Positions 1-12,736 of a DNA stretch of 64,000 nucleotides are shown here, one piece after another. Position numbers and translations under genes: made by a program. The notes beneath the pieces are model-generated. The model ran no database searches and was not told the origin of the DNA. It worked only from the letters and a program-made list of their open reading frames with translations. This DNA is from Lingula anatina (lineage: Eukaryota > Animalia > Brachiopoda). Positions within the stretch are counted from its first letter, which is position 1, and each line of letters starts with the position of its first letter. The DNA lies in the NCBI GenBank assembly GCA_051362555.1, contig CM120644.1, positions 1,310,954 to 1,374,953 on the forward strand, given 5' to 3'.

Positions 1-105
1 CTTCAAATAATCCTGGATCCGCGCCTGCATTGATGCCGGACGGAAAGATATCATTATACATGTATATTATATAGGCCTATATATATACAAATTACTTTTC
101 AGAAA

Positions 106-690
106 ATGGCGAAAACAAGAGCTGAGATTCAAAAAAATTATCGATCTCGTAAAAAGGAAAATGAGCGTGAAGCATATCTGGAAAGGGAAAGAAACAGAGT
201 TAAAAAATACTATATACCTTCCGCCTCCTTAAGCGACCGTGAAAGACGAAAGAGAAATGCGAAGACGAAAGCACGAAAACTTAGACTTCACCAAAGAAAA
301 CAAGAGCTTCTAGCTGCTATAGAAGTTACGGAGGCAAGTCCACTGCAGCAATCACTACCGGAGAGGCTTGTTGTACGTGTGAGGTGGCCACAACGTGGAG
401 ATAAAAGATTTAGTAGAAACTTAAGGCAGGCACAAAGAACAATTAAAGAACTACAGGCACAGGTAAATGCCATGAAAAAGAGGGAGAATGCTATCCGGCA
501 GCGATTTAGCCGTTGTCGAAGAAGAAATTTGGAATCACCTGAATTTCCCACAAGCCCACTATGTTGAATAGAACCCAAGCTAACACTGTGAGGAAGCAAT
601 TGCTTATAGGAAATGTTTTAGTAGCTGAAGTGGGTCAAGCTAAACGAGTAACACCAAGAAGTAAGATGAAAATTTTGCATAATACTCTTG
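106..690 (+). pseudogene. 5' fragment of a probable DNA-transposon ORF (basic, coiled-coil N-terminus), frameshifted near 560 and truncated
   Basis: ORF 106-567 (MAKTRAEIQKNYRSRKK...YLERERNRVKKYY) continues in another frame as VRKQLLIGNVL. It is preceded by a ttttcag acceptor-like site. It resembles N-termini I recall from invertebrate transposases (possibly Sola-like); no catalytic domain is visible. Confidence 0.4.
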
Positions 691-969
691 AGCCACTCAC
701 ACGCTCAATTCATACCGTCCACCTTGACACAAGCGAGACACTTGTGATCAAGCATGATACTATAAAGCCGAGATGGCTTGTATCACTCACAATGGCGAGA
801 CACCATTGATGAAAACACATTAAACAAAGCATGATACTTAAAAGCCGAGATGGCTCGTATCATTCACAATGGCGAGACACCATTGATGAAAACTTACTAA
901 ACAAAGGCGAGACACCTTTGCTTACCAGCCCCTACGTCCCAAAATTTTCCTTTTTTTTATCTCGGACTC

Positions 970-1014
970 TGCAGCTGATGAAGGTCACTTGTTGACCGAA
1001 AAGCGCTTTCTGCA
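970..1014 (+). ncRNA. Minimal type I hammerhead ribozyme motif (Penelope-like-element type)
   Basis: Stem I TGCAG/CTGCA, core CTGATGA (975-981) plus an extra A, stem II GGTCA-cttgt-TGACC, GAAA (998-1001), palindromic stem III AAGCGCTT. Confidence 0.6.
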
Positions 1015-1334
1015 ACCAGTCCACCATCCCCCTCCCTCGAAAGGCGAGACGCCTCTATCGTGCCAATCACGAAATGCCCTTTTCAGGGCACCCTATGTAT
1101 AGGCCGGTATCTATGAATCTGATACTATGTAGGTGAGACACCTACCTTCCTATCAGAGACGATCTTTCCTCATAATAAAGGCGAGAAGCCTTACACACTC
1201 AAAAAGTCGCTCTCAACTATGCAAGGGGCGCTGTCAAAATACACGTCCTCAGAGGCCCAGCTCTGAATCGTGTTATTTTGGTAAAGTGGAATCTAACTAG
1301 GGCATGAGCCGACCACCCCCAACACGTTTTTCAC

Positions 1335-1938
1335 TGTAGCGGACCACGAGTAAATGAAGCAACACCGTTGGATAATACTGCCGTTTATTTACGCAGTGTG
1401 AACAGAACTGAACAGAATCTGAACAGAAACTGGACAAAACTGGTGAAAACTATAAAAAGAAAAGAAAAAGAAAAAAATAATAATAACAAAACAGTGAAAT
1501 AATAAGATAAATAAACTAAATATACTAAACGTAATTCATGAGATCTTAACAACAAATAATTGATCTTTACATGCGTGTAAGTTTTCTCTAATTATTTATT
1601 ATTTAATTTTAAAAACACTCACACTAAAACAATATCCAGACTCGCTTTCTCCGCTGCTAAACTGGCTGCTCAGATACGGCCATGATAATCTGAGCTGGTA
1701 CTGTAATTTTATTTGATAACATAAATATACATGTGCGTGTTGGTCATGAAAATGCCACACCCACACTAACATAAACTTTAATAAACACGATGCTCATAAC
1801 TTATGTTACTGATTAAACTTAAACTTATGTAATCTTTTGTAAACTACACAAAATACCTCTATATAAGTGAATTACACTTTATTAAACACAAATTTTACAC
1901 AATCTACACGTAATATCGTAACATACCTCCACTCTGCC
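1335..1938 (-). mobile_element. Putative 3' LTR with polypurine tract of an LTR retrotransposon relic
   Basis: On the minus strand, purine-rich GGCAGAGTGGAGGTA (1938-1924) is followed directly by TGTTACG and the segment ends CGCTACA at 1335. AATAAA (1389-1384) lies ~50 nt before the end. No partner LTR or pol is visible. Confidence 0.4.
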
Positions 1939-2249
1939 AGTAAGTATATAAATGACCGCGCAGAGTACATGCAACATCGGCTTTTATATAGTTGACCACA
2001 TGACTAAATGAACAGATGTTACTTAATATTGAGCAGTGTTCTAGTTTCTTCTCTAACACAATATAAATAAACATAACAACAGCGTGGAAAATATAAAATA
2101 AAAATGATAACGTATATAATTTCTGCCGTATCGGCAACAATCACCCAAGGGACAATTTCATACTAATCCATATACATTCATTGCACCGCATAGTACTCTA
2201 AAGAACTGCATTGCCTCCAAAACAGAAAACAATCACTCTGATTTTCCAA

Positions 2250-3980
2250 CACAAGCTGCACTTCAGACCTATAAAACTTTTTTGTAAGTTTGAGTATCAT
2301 AAGTAACATGGTTTACTCTTAATCGCTATCCTGGGAGCAGTGTCCAAAATGGGGTTTTCTTAACTTTTATGCAATATAACATAATGCTTAACAGCATAAT
2401 GACCATCAATTTATAATAATTAAGTAACAGTATCATGGATATTCAGAAAATATAATTAGCAAAGGTCTTCAAGGCAATAGAAGTTCAAAGTCACATCCCG
2501 AAAATGTAATTATGTGAAAAATTTAATTCTCACAAAAAACTATATAATTCCCAGAAAGGTTATTTGAAAAAACAATTTTTCCAACTGAAGTTACATTTTA
2601 GTCCTATGCAATTTTTCTGTAAGTTTCAGAAGAGTAAGTGACATGCTTTTCTTTAATTGGTAACTATGGAGGCAGTGCGCAAAATAGGGTTGTCTTCAAT
2701 TTTGATGCAACATTACATAATGCTTAACAGCACAATGACCATCAATTTTTTTTATAAAAAAATAAAAGTATCATGGATATTTAGAAAATGTGATATGGGA
2801 AGGTCTTCTAGACCATGGAAGTTCAGAGTCACGCTTTCAAAATGCCAAAATGTAAACAAGAGATAGCTATTACTAAAATGGGATTATTTCCATTTACAAC
2901 ACCTTTTTTACATTAAGCAAAATAATATATTTATTTTCATTTTTAAATGATCAACTAGGAAAATTGTTGACATAGGAAAATATCAATAGAACAATTTTAA
3001 ATGTTCAATTTGCTCCATTTAGAGATTCTGAACATAGTTAATGATATGACTGAATCTGACAAACTGTTAAGAAATGAGTTTATTTCCATTTTTGACACTT
3101 TATTACACAATACACAATAATAGGTTTACCGTTATTTTTATATAATCAACTAACAATATTGATAAGATGCAGAAAATGTCAAAAGAACAACTTAACATAT
3201 CTAAATTAGTTAAAAAATGAGACTGTTACATGCCTGAGAATTAAGTTTGAAGAAAAAACACTTATATACAAAAAAGGCATAACTTCACCAAAACTTAACT
3301 GATCAAGCTTATATTCAAAACTTAATCTGTATTTTAGTATCACTGACCACTCCTGTGAATTTCAAGACAATTGGCCAATTAATTTTCCTTAAAATGTGTT
3401 ATAGGTGTTGCATACATGCTGAAAAAAGTGAAAAAAAAACAGCATAACTCCACAAAAATGGCCCGATCATGCAATTTTTTAACTTGACCTGTGTATTATA
3501 GATATTCATCAGATCTGTAAGTTTCAAGCCAAAAGGAAAAACGGTTTTCCACTTATCATGTTATCGGTGTTGCATAAATGCAGAAAAAATGAAAAAAAAA
3601 AACAGCATAACTTTTATAAATATGGCCTGATCATGCTTATTTTCGAACTTGACCTGCGTATTATGAATATTCATCAGTTCTGTAAGATTTATGCCAAAAG
3701 GTAAAACGGTTTTTCACTTATCGTGTTTACGGTGTTGCATATATGCTGAAAAAAGTGAAAAAACAGCATAACTTCCCTAAAAATGGTCCGATCATGCTGA
3801 TTTTCGAACTTGACCTGCGTATTATGAATATTCATCAGTTCTGTAAATTTCAAGCCAAGAGGTAAAACTGTTTTCCACTATCGTGTTTACGGTAAAAGTG
3901 CACGCCAACGGCGACGGCGACAGCGACGACAGACGCAGGTGACGACTATATGTACAGACACATCTGTGTCTGTACATAAA
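2250..3980. mobile_element. Non-autonomous Helentron/HINE-like element with internal tandem repeats (left boundary approximate)
   Basis: Four ~163-bp units (gcataact...aacttgacctg at 3277, 3441, 3605, 3766), two longer internal duplications, a GAC-rich microsatellite-like stretch and a 13-bp-stem hairpin TATGTACAGACAC-atct-GTGTCTGTACATA (3949-3978) next to an A run. Confidence 0.55.
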
Positions 3981-4248
3981 AATAACTTGTCTGTCTTCTC
4001 ATCACAAAGGTTGCAAGTCATTCGGGTCAGAGAACAACAAATTTTACGAGTGTTTCAACAGATAAAAAGTGCTTGGGGTAAACTGAAAAGACATTGTTTA
4101 TTGCATCACTACAATTTATGGCAGACAATAGGCGTAACCGGGTTGGCATGAATTATACGTAATTGTAAGCTTCAAGGCGGTACGTGAATTGGATGGAAAA
4201 GATTGGTACAAATGTAGTTGAAGCGGACGCCTCCGAAATCTCTCTCTT

Positions 4249-4300
<52 letters not shown>

Positions 4301-4384
4301 GCACACACACACACACACACAGACGCAAAAAACGTTCATATTGTCAGGAATGTTTTTTTAATGCAGTGTATTATGCAATGCTCA

Positions 4385-4451
<67 letters not shown>

Positions 4452-4768
4452 GGAGGGAGGGGAGAGAAAGAGGATTGACTTGCATGTGTTATAACAATTC
4501 CATCATCACAAAAAATTAGGTGGAAAAACGTTTCTATCTTCAGTTGTATAAAATGTATTAACAGTTATTCTTAATTAGCAGAGTCTTTAATGCATTATAT
4601 GCTTTAATTTGACTGAGGCGTTATTTAAAGACTCTCCCCTCCTTCAAGATAGTTCCAGCGCTCCCGCTGACTACACGTACATTGGGCGTCCGCCTGTAGT
4701 GATTCTGTTATGAATTGAATCAGAATGATCACCTGAACTTGATGGGTAAGTGTGGTTACTCCAATCAG

Positions 4769-4808
<40 letters not shown>

Positions 4809-5511
4809 ACACACACACACACACACACACACAAACTTAGATAAAACATGCCGTCCAAATCATTGACAAGAAATATAATTTTTCAACAGATGGGTGTGCT
4901 TTCTGAAATCCTCATACATGTCTTAAAATACAAAGAGACCTCCAAAATTCCCACTTATGTCACCGCTGCATACCTTAGTTGTCCTTCTACGAATTCTAAA
5001 GAAATTTGAGAAGGAAACAAAATGTGCCCAAACGCCGCCTTACTTTATTGTTACAAGAAAAGGACTTCCAATAACATACTGTCAAAGAAGAAGCAGTTGA
5101 GTGGTAATTTTCCATAGGTCTCAGAAAAGAGACTATTTTACACTAGCAAACATATTTCCTTTTTTTCTTTTTTTTTCAAAAGCAACTGGTAGTAACGAAC
5201 CAATGCTAATGAACTTGATGAATGCTGCTAAATAAGCAATACTTAATGAAAATAACGTAAAAATTATCTTGTCTCTCATCTTATCACAAAGGTGGCATTT
5301 CATTCAGGTCAGGGCACTAGAAAGTTTACGAGTGTTCCATTAGATAAAAAGTGCTTGGGGTAAACTGAAAAGACTTTGTTAATTTCAGCACTACAATTTA
5401 TGACAGACGATCGGCTTAAACGGGTTGGCATTAATTATGTAATTGTTAGCTTCATGGCGGTACGTGAATTGGATAGAAATGGCGCAAATGCAGTTGAACC
5501 GGGCGCCTCCG

Positions 5512-5550
<39 letters not shown>

Positions 5551-6040
5551 GCAGGGACGTAAGAACGCTTATATTGTCAAGAAGGGAATGAAGTTTTAAA
5601 ATGCAGTGTATTATGCAATCCTCATTTCAAGCATATAAGATAAAAATAAAACCAAGCAAACAAAAGGGCAATTTTCTTCTTAACCGTATACTTAAGAAAG
5701 CTCGATACATGTAAATTTTATTCATTCATGATAGTTTATTCCCACATGTGTAAAAGATTGGGCTAGTATGCGATTTAACATTCATCTCTACTAGTTTATT
5801 AAAGCATCGCCTATGTGGAAATGGAACCTAGCCGCATTTATTTGATAATGAAAACTCGCAAAACACACAAAAACACACACTGAGAGAGTGTATGTGTGTG
5901 TGTGATTGAGAGGGAGGGAGGAGAGAGAGAGAGGATTGACTTACATGCATTAGCTGATTCAATGCGTCCTTTGCTTTATTTTGGCTTAGGCGTTATTTAA
6001 CGATACATTCCCCTTCAAGATAGCTCCAGCGCTCCCACGT
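3980..6040. repeat. Degenerate ~1.2-kb spacer repeat with embedded (CT)n(CA)n and (GA)n microsatellites (first copies)
   Basis: Blocks such as ggtacgtgaattggatggaaaagattggtacaaatgtag and gagacctccaaaattcccact recur at ~4.2, 5.5, 12.5, 14.0, 17.8, 24.3, 25.6, 30.3, 38.4, 41.0, 49.5, 53.2, 61.2 and 62.0 kb. Inverted copies occur at ~26.3-26.9, 41.7 and 62.7 kb. Confidence 0.85.
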
Positions 6041-6142
6041 TATAAAATAGCTGCCTTGGTTTAGTTTTGACAGACTTCGTCGTCCGTCAAGATCCACGTC
6101 CTTCTCCTAAAATCCGCAGAGGACATCTCTTTTCGGACCAAG

Positions 6143-6215
6143 ATGATGAAGTTGATTCAACTCGCTGCTCTCCTGACCGTGGCAGCCGCCATGTAAAGGG
6201 AAATTGTTGGTCAAA

Positions 6216-6216
<1 letters not shown>
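6143..6216 (+). pseudogene. Gly/Tyr-rich secreted peptide, subfamily B pseudogene (exon 1 only)
   Basis: TATAAAA at 6041. Translates MMKLIQLAALLTVAAAM* with TAA at 6194-6196 where the intact copy has TAT. Donor AG|GTGAGA present. Intron homology breaks at ~6685 and exon 2 is absent. Confidence 0.85.
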
Positions 6217-6255
<39 letters not shown>

Positions 6256-7439
6256 CTGAAGGGTCCATACATGTTGTGAATTCTAGCTGCAAAAGATAGT
6301 TCATCTTATGGTGCATTTAGTGTTAGTAAACAATCTGGAAGACCATGTATTTTTACTATATTGTTCTGGGAATTATATTTGTCTGGGTTGAAATTTCGAT
6401 TTTTCTCATGATTTTTTAAATACTATGGAACTTGAATAACATATGACTTAGCGTAGATAATGCTTTCAAAAAGTATTTTTGACTTTACAGGTAGTGTACA
6501 GTTGTAAACGGGTTGTTCTCCACTCTGCTCTCTTCTGCTTATCTTCCCAAAAATAAACATGTCCAGTCCTAATGGCCCTGAGGCTTATACAACAAAATCA
6601 AGATATTAGAACTGGGACAAATCCTTTTGATTCTTTTTTTTATATTGAAAACGTTAGGGTCCTGATTTTATGAGGGTTCTTTAATGAATTCATTTTGCTA
6701 ACACATGGACGTAAAAACGCTCATATTGTCAGCAAGAAAATAGCCTTTTAAAAAACGATTCCTTATGTAATCCTCACTCCAAGTATATGAGATAAAATAA
6801 AAAAAAAAAAAAGGGGACACTTTCTCCATAGCCATATACTGAACATAAGTTCATATGTGGAAAACAATTAATCTCGAAGTTGCTTTTAGGACACTCTGCT
6901 CTACTCAGTCTGCTGGTAACCAGTTAATTAAAGGATTCCTCTGCGAAGAAGGACGATAGCAGCTTTCATTAGATTATGAACCCTCGCAAAACACAGAGAG
7001 AGAGATAGAGAGAGAGGGGGAAATAAAGAGGACTACATGCTTTACAAAATTTCCATTATTTCTTTAATGAATAGAATTTCAATGATTTTAGTCCCTGTAA
7101 AAATATGCATGTCATGCTAATCTAACGTCGCCTGTTGTCTCAGTAAGGGAAAAGGTGATGATCTTGTCTGCATATAATGTCACTGTGACTCATTAGAAAT
7201 TCTCCTACGTATAACGAAGCTTCATGTTCACATTAAGCGTGCGTACGGGTGTCATTTTCTTTGGGCAGTACAGCAAAAATAAATGTTATTTTTATTGTCA
7301 ATGTTCTTATAATCATTCGTAACACTTGGTATGGCATTGATTTATAGCTTTAGAACAAGCTAGCTAATGTTTGTTAATACTAAGACAACGGCGAAGAAGT
7401 GCACCTGCTATTAAGCCTGAGCTTACATATGAATCCAAA

Positions 7440-7483
<44 letters not shown>

Positions 7484-8099
7484 ATTTAGTAAAATTGAAA
7501 ATAATACACGATACCAAAATTATTAAAAGCAGGGCATCGTTATGAGTAAAAATATAAAAAAAATATTTGAAGGATAATTTCATCACGCCCAGTCCTGCAG
7601 CTAGCCAATACTATTAACGTACACATGACCCCATTAAGACGGTATACAAGAATAAATTAATTGAAAACAAAATTATTGAAATAGATGAAGAATAATCGGA
7701 TGATGGCAAGTTAATTTAACATTCATTTTATGTTAATGAGCAACAGTATGTTTGTAAGGGAAAGAGAGAAAGAGATTCGGAAGGCGTGCGCACTAACAAT
7801 ATTTGTTCTTATCAGTCAGACTCACGAAGCAGTATGCCTTGTGGCTTATAAGTGCGTTATGGCCGCAACCTCCACATCCATTACTTAGCAGAGACATGTA
7901 ATCTACTGGTTTTTTCTACATCCTTGTAAGTACTTAAAAGACACTTCTTATAAAACCCAACACAAGTAAATGCAAGATCATAACAAGTTGTTACTACCGT
8001 GAGGCTCAAATTTTTATTTTTTGAAAAATATGTTTTACCTTTACTGAATTTGATAAGCACAAGCATTAACAAATCAAGGGAATTATTTTGGCCGATCTG

Positions 8100-8280
8100 A
8101 CGATACTTGGTAATTGCAACCAAAGTGTTAATGTATTCCACGTGTGTCCTATTTAGCCATCCCTACCTTTACAAATACCGGTATCTTAAAGCAAAATATT
8201 CGGTTCCAAAATGTAATAATCATGCATTCGTTTTGTGTTTTGGGTCGTTATAAAATAGCTACCTTGGTTTAGTTTTGAAA
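8100..8280 (+). promoter_or_regulatory. Orphan copy of the subfamily B promoter (TATAAAA 8249-8255)
   Basis: Homologous to 41890-42063 upstream of the intact B gene; no signal-peptide exon follows. Confidence 0.7.
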
Positions 8281-8458
8281 GGCTTATGTGCATTGCAAAT
8301 ATTTTTGTTACAAAGATTGGCGTACTTTTAACAATGTTACTGTCTCGATTGTGCAATTTAAACTAATCGAATCCTTGGGTTCAATTTGTATCGCAACGAT
8401 AACAGAAATAAAAAAACAACATCATGGGGCACCAAACACTACCGTGTCATTTTGAAAC

Positions 8459-8889
8459 CATTGCTTCTGAGTACACCAGTCACAATCTATTACCAAATAC
8501 TACCCACATTGCTTCCGAGCACAACAGTCACAATCTATTACCAAATACTACCCACATTGCTTTCGATCACACCAGTCACAATCTATTACCAAATATTACC
8601 CACATTGCTTCCGAGCACACCAGTCACAATCTATTACCAAATACTACCCACATTGCTTTCGAGCACACCAGTCACAATCTATTACCAAATATTACCCACA
8701 TTGCTTCCGAGCACACCAGTCACAATCTATTACCAAATACTACCCACATTGCTTTCGAGCACACCAGTCACAATCTATTACCAAATATTACCCACATTGC
8801 CTCCGAGCACACCAGTCACAATCTATTACCAAATACTACACACATTGCTTCCGAGCACACCAGCCACAATCTATTACCAAATACTACCA
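8459..8889. repeat. 48-bp minisatellite, ~9 units
   Basis: Unit cattgcttccgagcacaccagtcacaatctattaccaaatactaccca. Confidence 0.95.
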
Positions 8890-10734
8890 TGCGTGTTTAT
8901 AAAGAGTATCAGGCATGCTCTTGGCACTTTCTTTGTATGACACTGATGATTATGTTATAGTAAACAATGTCAAAATACATAACTAGATAACCACTCAGAG
9001 AACTAACGCAGACCTACGCAAATGAAACGGCATAAAAGTATATTCTTTTTATTGTTATTTGGAGGAAACTTCGAGTGTTTTATTGTGATTGGTAGGTTTT
9101 CAATACTACATGTAAAGTTTACTTTCTTAAGAGAATCTTGTAAGAAAGTATATATAGACAATTGCAAAGGCATACACTGTGTCGTCCTTGTCGTAGGTCA
9201 TAATGATCCGTGATATTGGTGCCATTATTAATTAAGCGTCAGTTTGAATAATGCTTTGTCTTCTAAGAAATACATTTAGTCGTGGTGTCTTCTGGTAATT
9301 AAATAATTAATTCATACATGACCTCTAAACGTGCTTGTACTATCGTTAAAATATAACTTTCTTTTAACTTTTACAAGCACTCAGAATAAAATCAGTTAAG
9401 GTGATTTTTTAATAAAAACACATTCGAGTGTCTCTGTATTTCAGCAGGCCATGGCAAAACTTAGAAGCTTGATATTTCAGTTAAGAAAAATAAGCCTATT
9501 CTGTTTTACATATGTAAATATACAAGGCCTTCAGTGGGTCTCTTTGATGCCAAAACAATTATTTATAGAGTCCTTATTTCAAAAACTCTGGCATTTACAA
9601 TGTGTACTTCAAAGAGGGAGGTTCTGTTTCTGATGAGGAACGTTGCCACGAGAAAAGGGCCCACGCTGACATGGCATGTGTTGGCATATTTTAAATAAAT
9701 AGTATACAACAGTTCTGTTGACGAAAGTGGTTGCCTAAAGTGGTTGTCAAACCTTATAAAACCCCTGTTTTTTTGTCATTGGCATCAACATGTCTTTAAA
9801 ACACGGCTGAACCATGTTGCAGATACATGTCTAATCGCGAGATATGCAAAAGAAACAACATACACGATGATGACACATTTCTGTGGATTTCGATGATGAG
9901 CTTATAAATATGATCCCTGTATATGTGACCTTTTAAATAAAGATTCTCTTAAAAAAAAAAAACGCTTATAATTCCCATGGACATTTACAATTTATATTGG
10001 TTAAAAAAGATTAAAAACAAAATGACATCTTCATCACATATTTTATTGCATAAGCGTTGAAAAAGTTCATACATGTAATACAGAACATGTTTCCAAATTG
10101 CACCGGTCTATTTATGGGCAAAAGCAGTAAAGATATTTAGAATGATATGAGCAAGGATCTGTTTGGTATGGGTCACGTGGTTGATGTCGTCATGTCCGGC
10201 TGTGCACACTGCAGAATAAAGGTTATCAGCATCAGTTTCTGTAATATAAAAAAAATGATTGATAATGTCATTTAGACACGGTACGGGTCACGGTTGCTAT
10301 TAAAAACGGACCAATGCATGACTTAATGAATAGACAATTGTCTAAAGTCTCTTCCTTCAGATCAATACAGTTCAATGCTTTTAACCCTTTGTTGTACTTA
10401 TTGGCGGAGACTATCAAGACTGAAAAAGGAGGCTGTGTCGACACCTGTCAACTTGGAGCTTTTACAAGATTGGTGGAACACATTTGGACCTTGACTCGAG
10501 CACAATTCAGATAAATGATACAGAATAGGTCGGTTCGGTTTTAACAATTGAACGACCAAGTTATGTCATATTTACATATTGTTAATTAAAACTCGTTTAT
10601 CATCCTTTTTTATATTCTGACTAGTTTTAACTAGCCATTAGGAAACATGCAGTTAGCTGAAGTTTACACGTATTAAGCTGAATTATACAATCGCGAATAA
10701 ACTGTAAAATGTGAATGAAAACGAAATCTTACCA

Positions 10735-11287
10735 CTAATATCGCCATGGGGTATATGGTCCCTTCTTTCCTCCGTATTGAGGCTTTCCGTATCCAGCACC
10801 TTTGTATCCATAGCCTCCATATCCGTACCCTTGGTCATAATTCATGTAGCTGCTGTAGCCATTTCCATATCCGTCGGGTTGATATCCATAGTGAGTCCTT
10901 TAACAAAATAAAAAGCCAAATAACTTTTCAATTTCATTGGGACAAAATTATCAATATGAAAGAAGAAAACGTCGCCTGTCAGTCTGCCAGTCTTCAGTGG
11001 CACTCTGCTTATTAGACGTGCAGTAAAGGCTGAGCGTATCATTTTCTCTATAAAATGATCATTTCTTCCCTTGTTTTGTCTCGATTCTCGAGCGCTGAAC
11101 AAAATGAAACCACAACAGTAACTTGGTTCTAAACAAAAGTTAGCTAGGCAATTTCAACAGCTACTTATTAACAGAAAACAGACTGTCCGGATCAACCCCC
11201 TTTTTAATTCCAATTGCACTGTTAGATGAACTGAATGTAAATAAGATTAAATCACGAAACAAGCAATGATACCGTAGTAAATCTCTT

Positions 11288-11326
<39 letters not shown>

Positions 11327-11342
11327 TACACGCATACACAAC

Positions 11343-11386
<44 letters not shown>

Positions 11387-11458
11387 TTTACTCCCAGAGT
11401 CCCACCAATTGGCGGCTGTCACGGCCACGAGAGCAGCGAGTAGAATCAGCTTCATCAT
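10735..11458 (-). CDS. Secreted Gly/Tyr-rich peptide A1, 78 aa; exons 11458-11385 and 10897-10735
   Basis: TATAAAAA 11558-11551; GT-AG phase-2 intron. Spliced product: MMKLILLAALVAVTAANWWDSGSKRTHYGYQPDGYGNGYSSYMNYDQGYGYGGYGYKGAGYGKPQYGGKKGPYTPWRY*. Confidence 0.9.
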
Positions 11459-12300
11459 CTTGGCGGAAAGAACTGTCGTCTGCCTACTGTTGAAGTGTGA
11501 CTTGGAGCTTGGTTGAAGTCGAAGTCTGTCAAAACTGGACCAAGTCAATCTTTTTATACCGACCTGAAACACAAAACGATTTGGTAATTATTAGCCCTTC
11601 AGTAGTTTGCCTTAAGCTATTTGTGACAAATGTCTGGATGTTAATTAGATATAAGACACATACGGAATAATCATGTTCGCAACGCATAATCAAACTGCCA
11701 AATTTAATTATTCCTATTTTTAAGCAGTCAGTGCTTATTACAATGGTAAAAATCAAGAGCAAAATGAAGACTAAGGTAGAAAAATGCCCAAACTGCTCTT
11801 AGCAGTTATGCTTTACTCCTTTTTCGGTATTGTAAAATACGGCAGTCAAAAATTTAATTTAAAAGTAATATTTTGTCGGTCTTTTAATTATGACAGAGTT
11901 GATAAAGCGTTTTGTTATAAATTAAAGTCATGATGTTTTAAACTCAGAACCATGCAACAAACCCGCGTATCCATGACATTCACCTAGCAAATGATAAACT
12001 GCAATTTCTGCTGATAGATGAATAATACCAATACTGGAAATCGAGAAAAACACCAATCTGTCTCCTCGTTACAACGATGGCAAGACTAGCTTTATTATTA
12101 ATTCTGGTGAGAAGTTACAACAGGTTAAGACACAATATTTTACGACCTTTTCATTAGATAATAATTCCCTGCCTCGGGTGGATTTAAAAGAACTTTTATG
12201 TTACAGACTTACATAACAGGATTGGTGCCAATAAGATGTGCGTGTCTGCTTTAAGGCATACTGGTACCTGAACTTGATGGATAAGTGTGGTGACTTCAAT

Positions 12301-12357
<57 letters not shown>

Positions 12358-12643
12358 ACTTAGATAAGACACCATCGGCAAGAAATATAATTTTTCAAGA
12401 GATGGGTAAACTTTCTGAAATCCTCATATCTGTCTTAAAATACAAAGAGACCTCCACAATTCCCCTTTATGTCACTGCTGCATACCATAGTTGTCCCTCT
12501 ACGAATTCTAAAGAAATTTGAGAAGGGAAGATAATGTGCCGAAACTCCGCGTTACATCATTGTTACAAGAAAAGGAATTGGAATTCGATGGAAAAGATTG
12601 GTACAAATGTAGTAGAAGCGGACGCCTCCGAAATCTCTCTCTT

Positions 12644-12736
<93 letters not shown>

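Noticed and set aside
1-27. cctggatccgcgcctg as the end of a TIR element
   Set aside because: The partner end lies outside the window, so it cannot be verified.
8459-8889. Regular repeat array as a CRISPR array
   Set aside because: Head-to-tail units with no unique spacers, no cas genes and a eukaryotic context.
9629-9665. CTGATGAGGAACGTTGCC...GAAA as a second hammerhead
   Set aside because: GAAA does not directly follow a closed stem II, and no stem I or III pairing is evident.
10711-11015. Plus-strand ORFs over A exon 2 (also 21992, 35019, 47025, 58868) and the MAINQTDM frame at 17212
   Set aside because: Antisense or off-frame shadows of the Gly/Tyr exon; the splice phase selects the Gly/Tyr frame.
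10735-11458. Naming the genes mfp-3, shematrin, prisilkin or keratin-associated protein
   Set aside because: Similarity is compositional only; I recognise no diagnostic signal-peptide or motif identity, so gene symbols are left empty.
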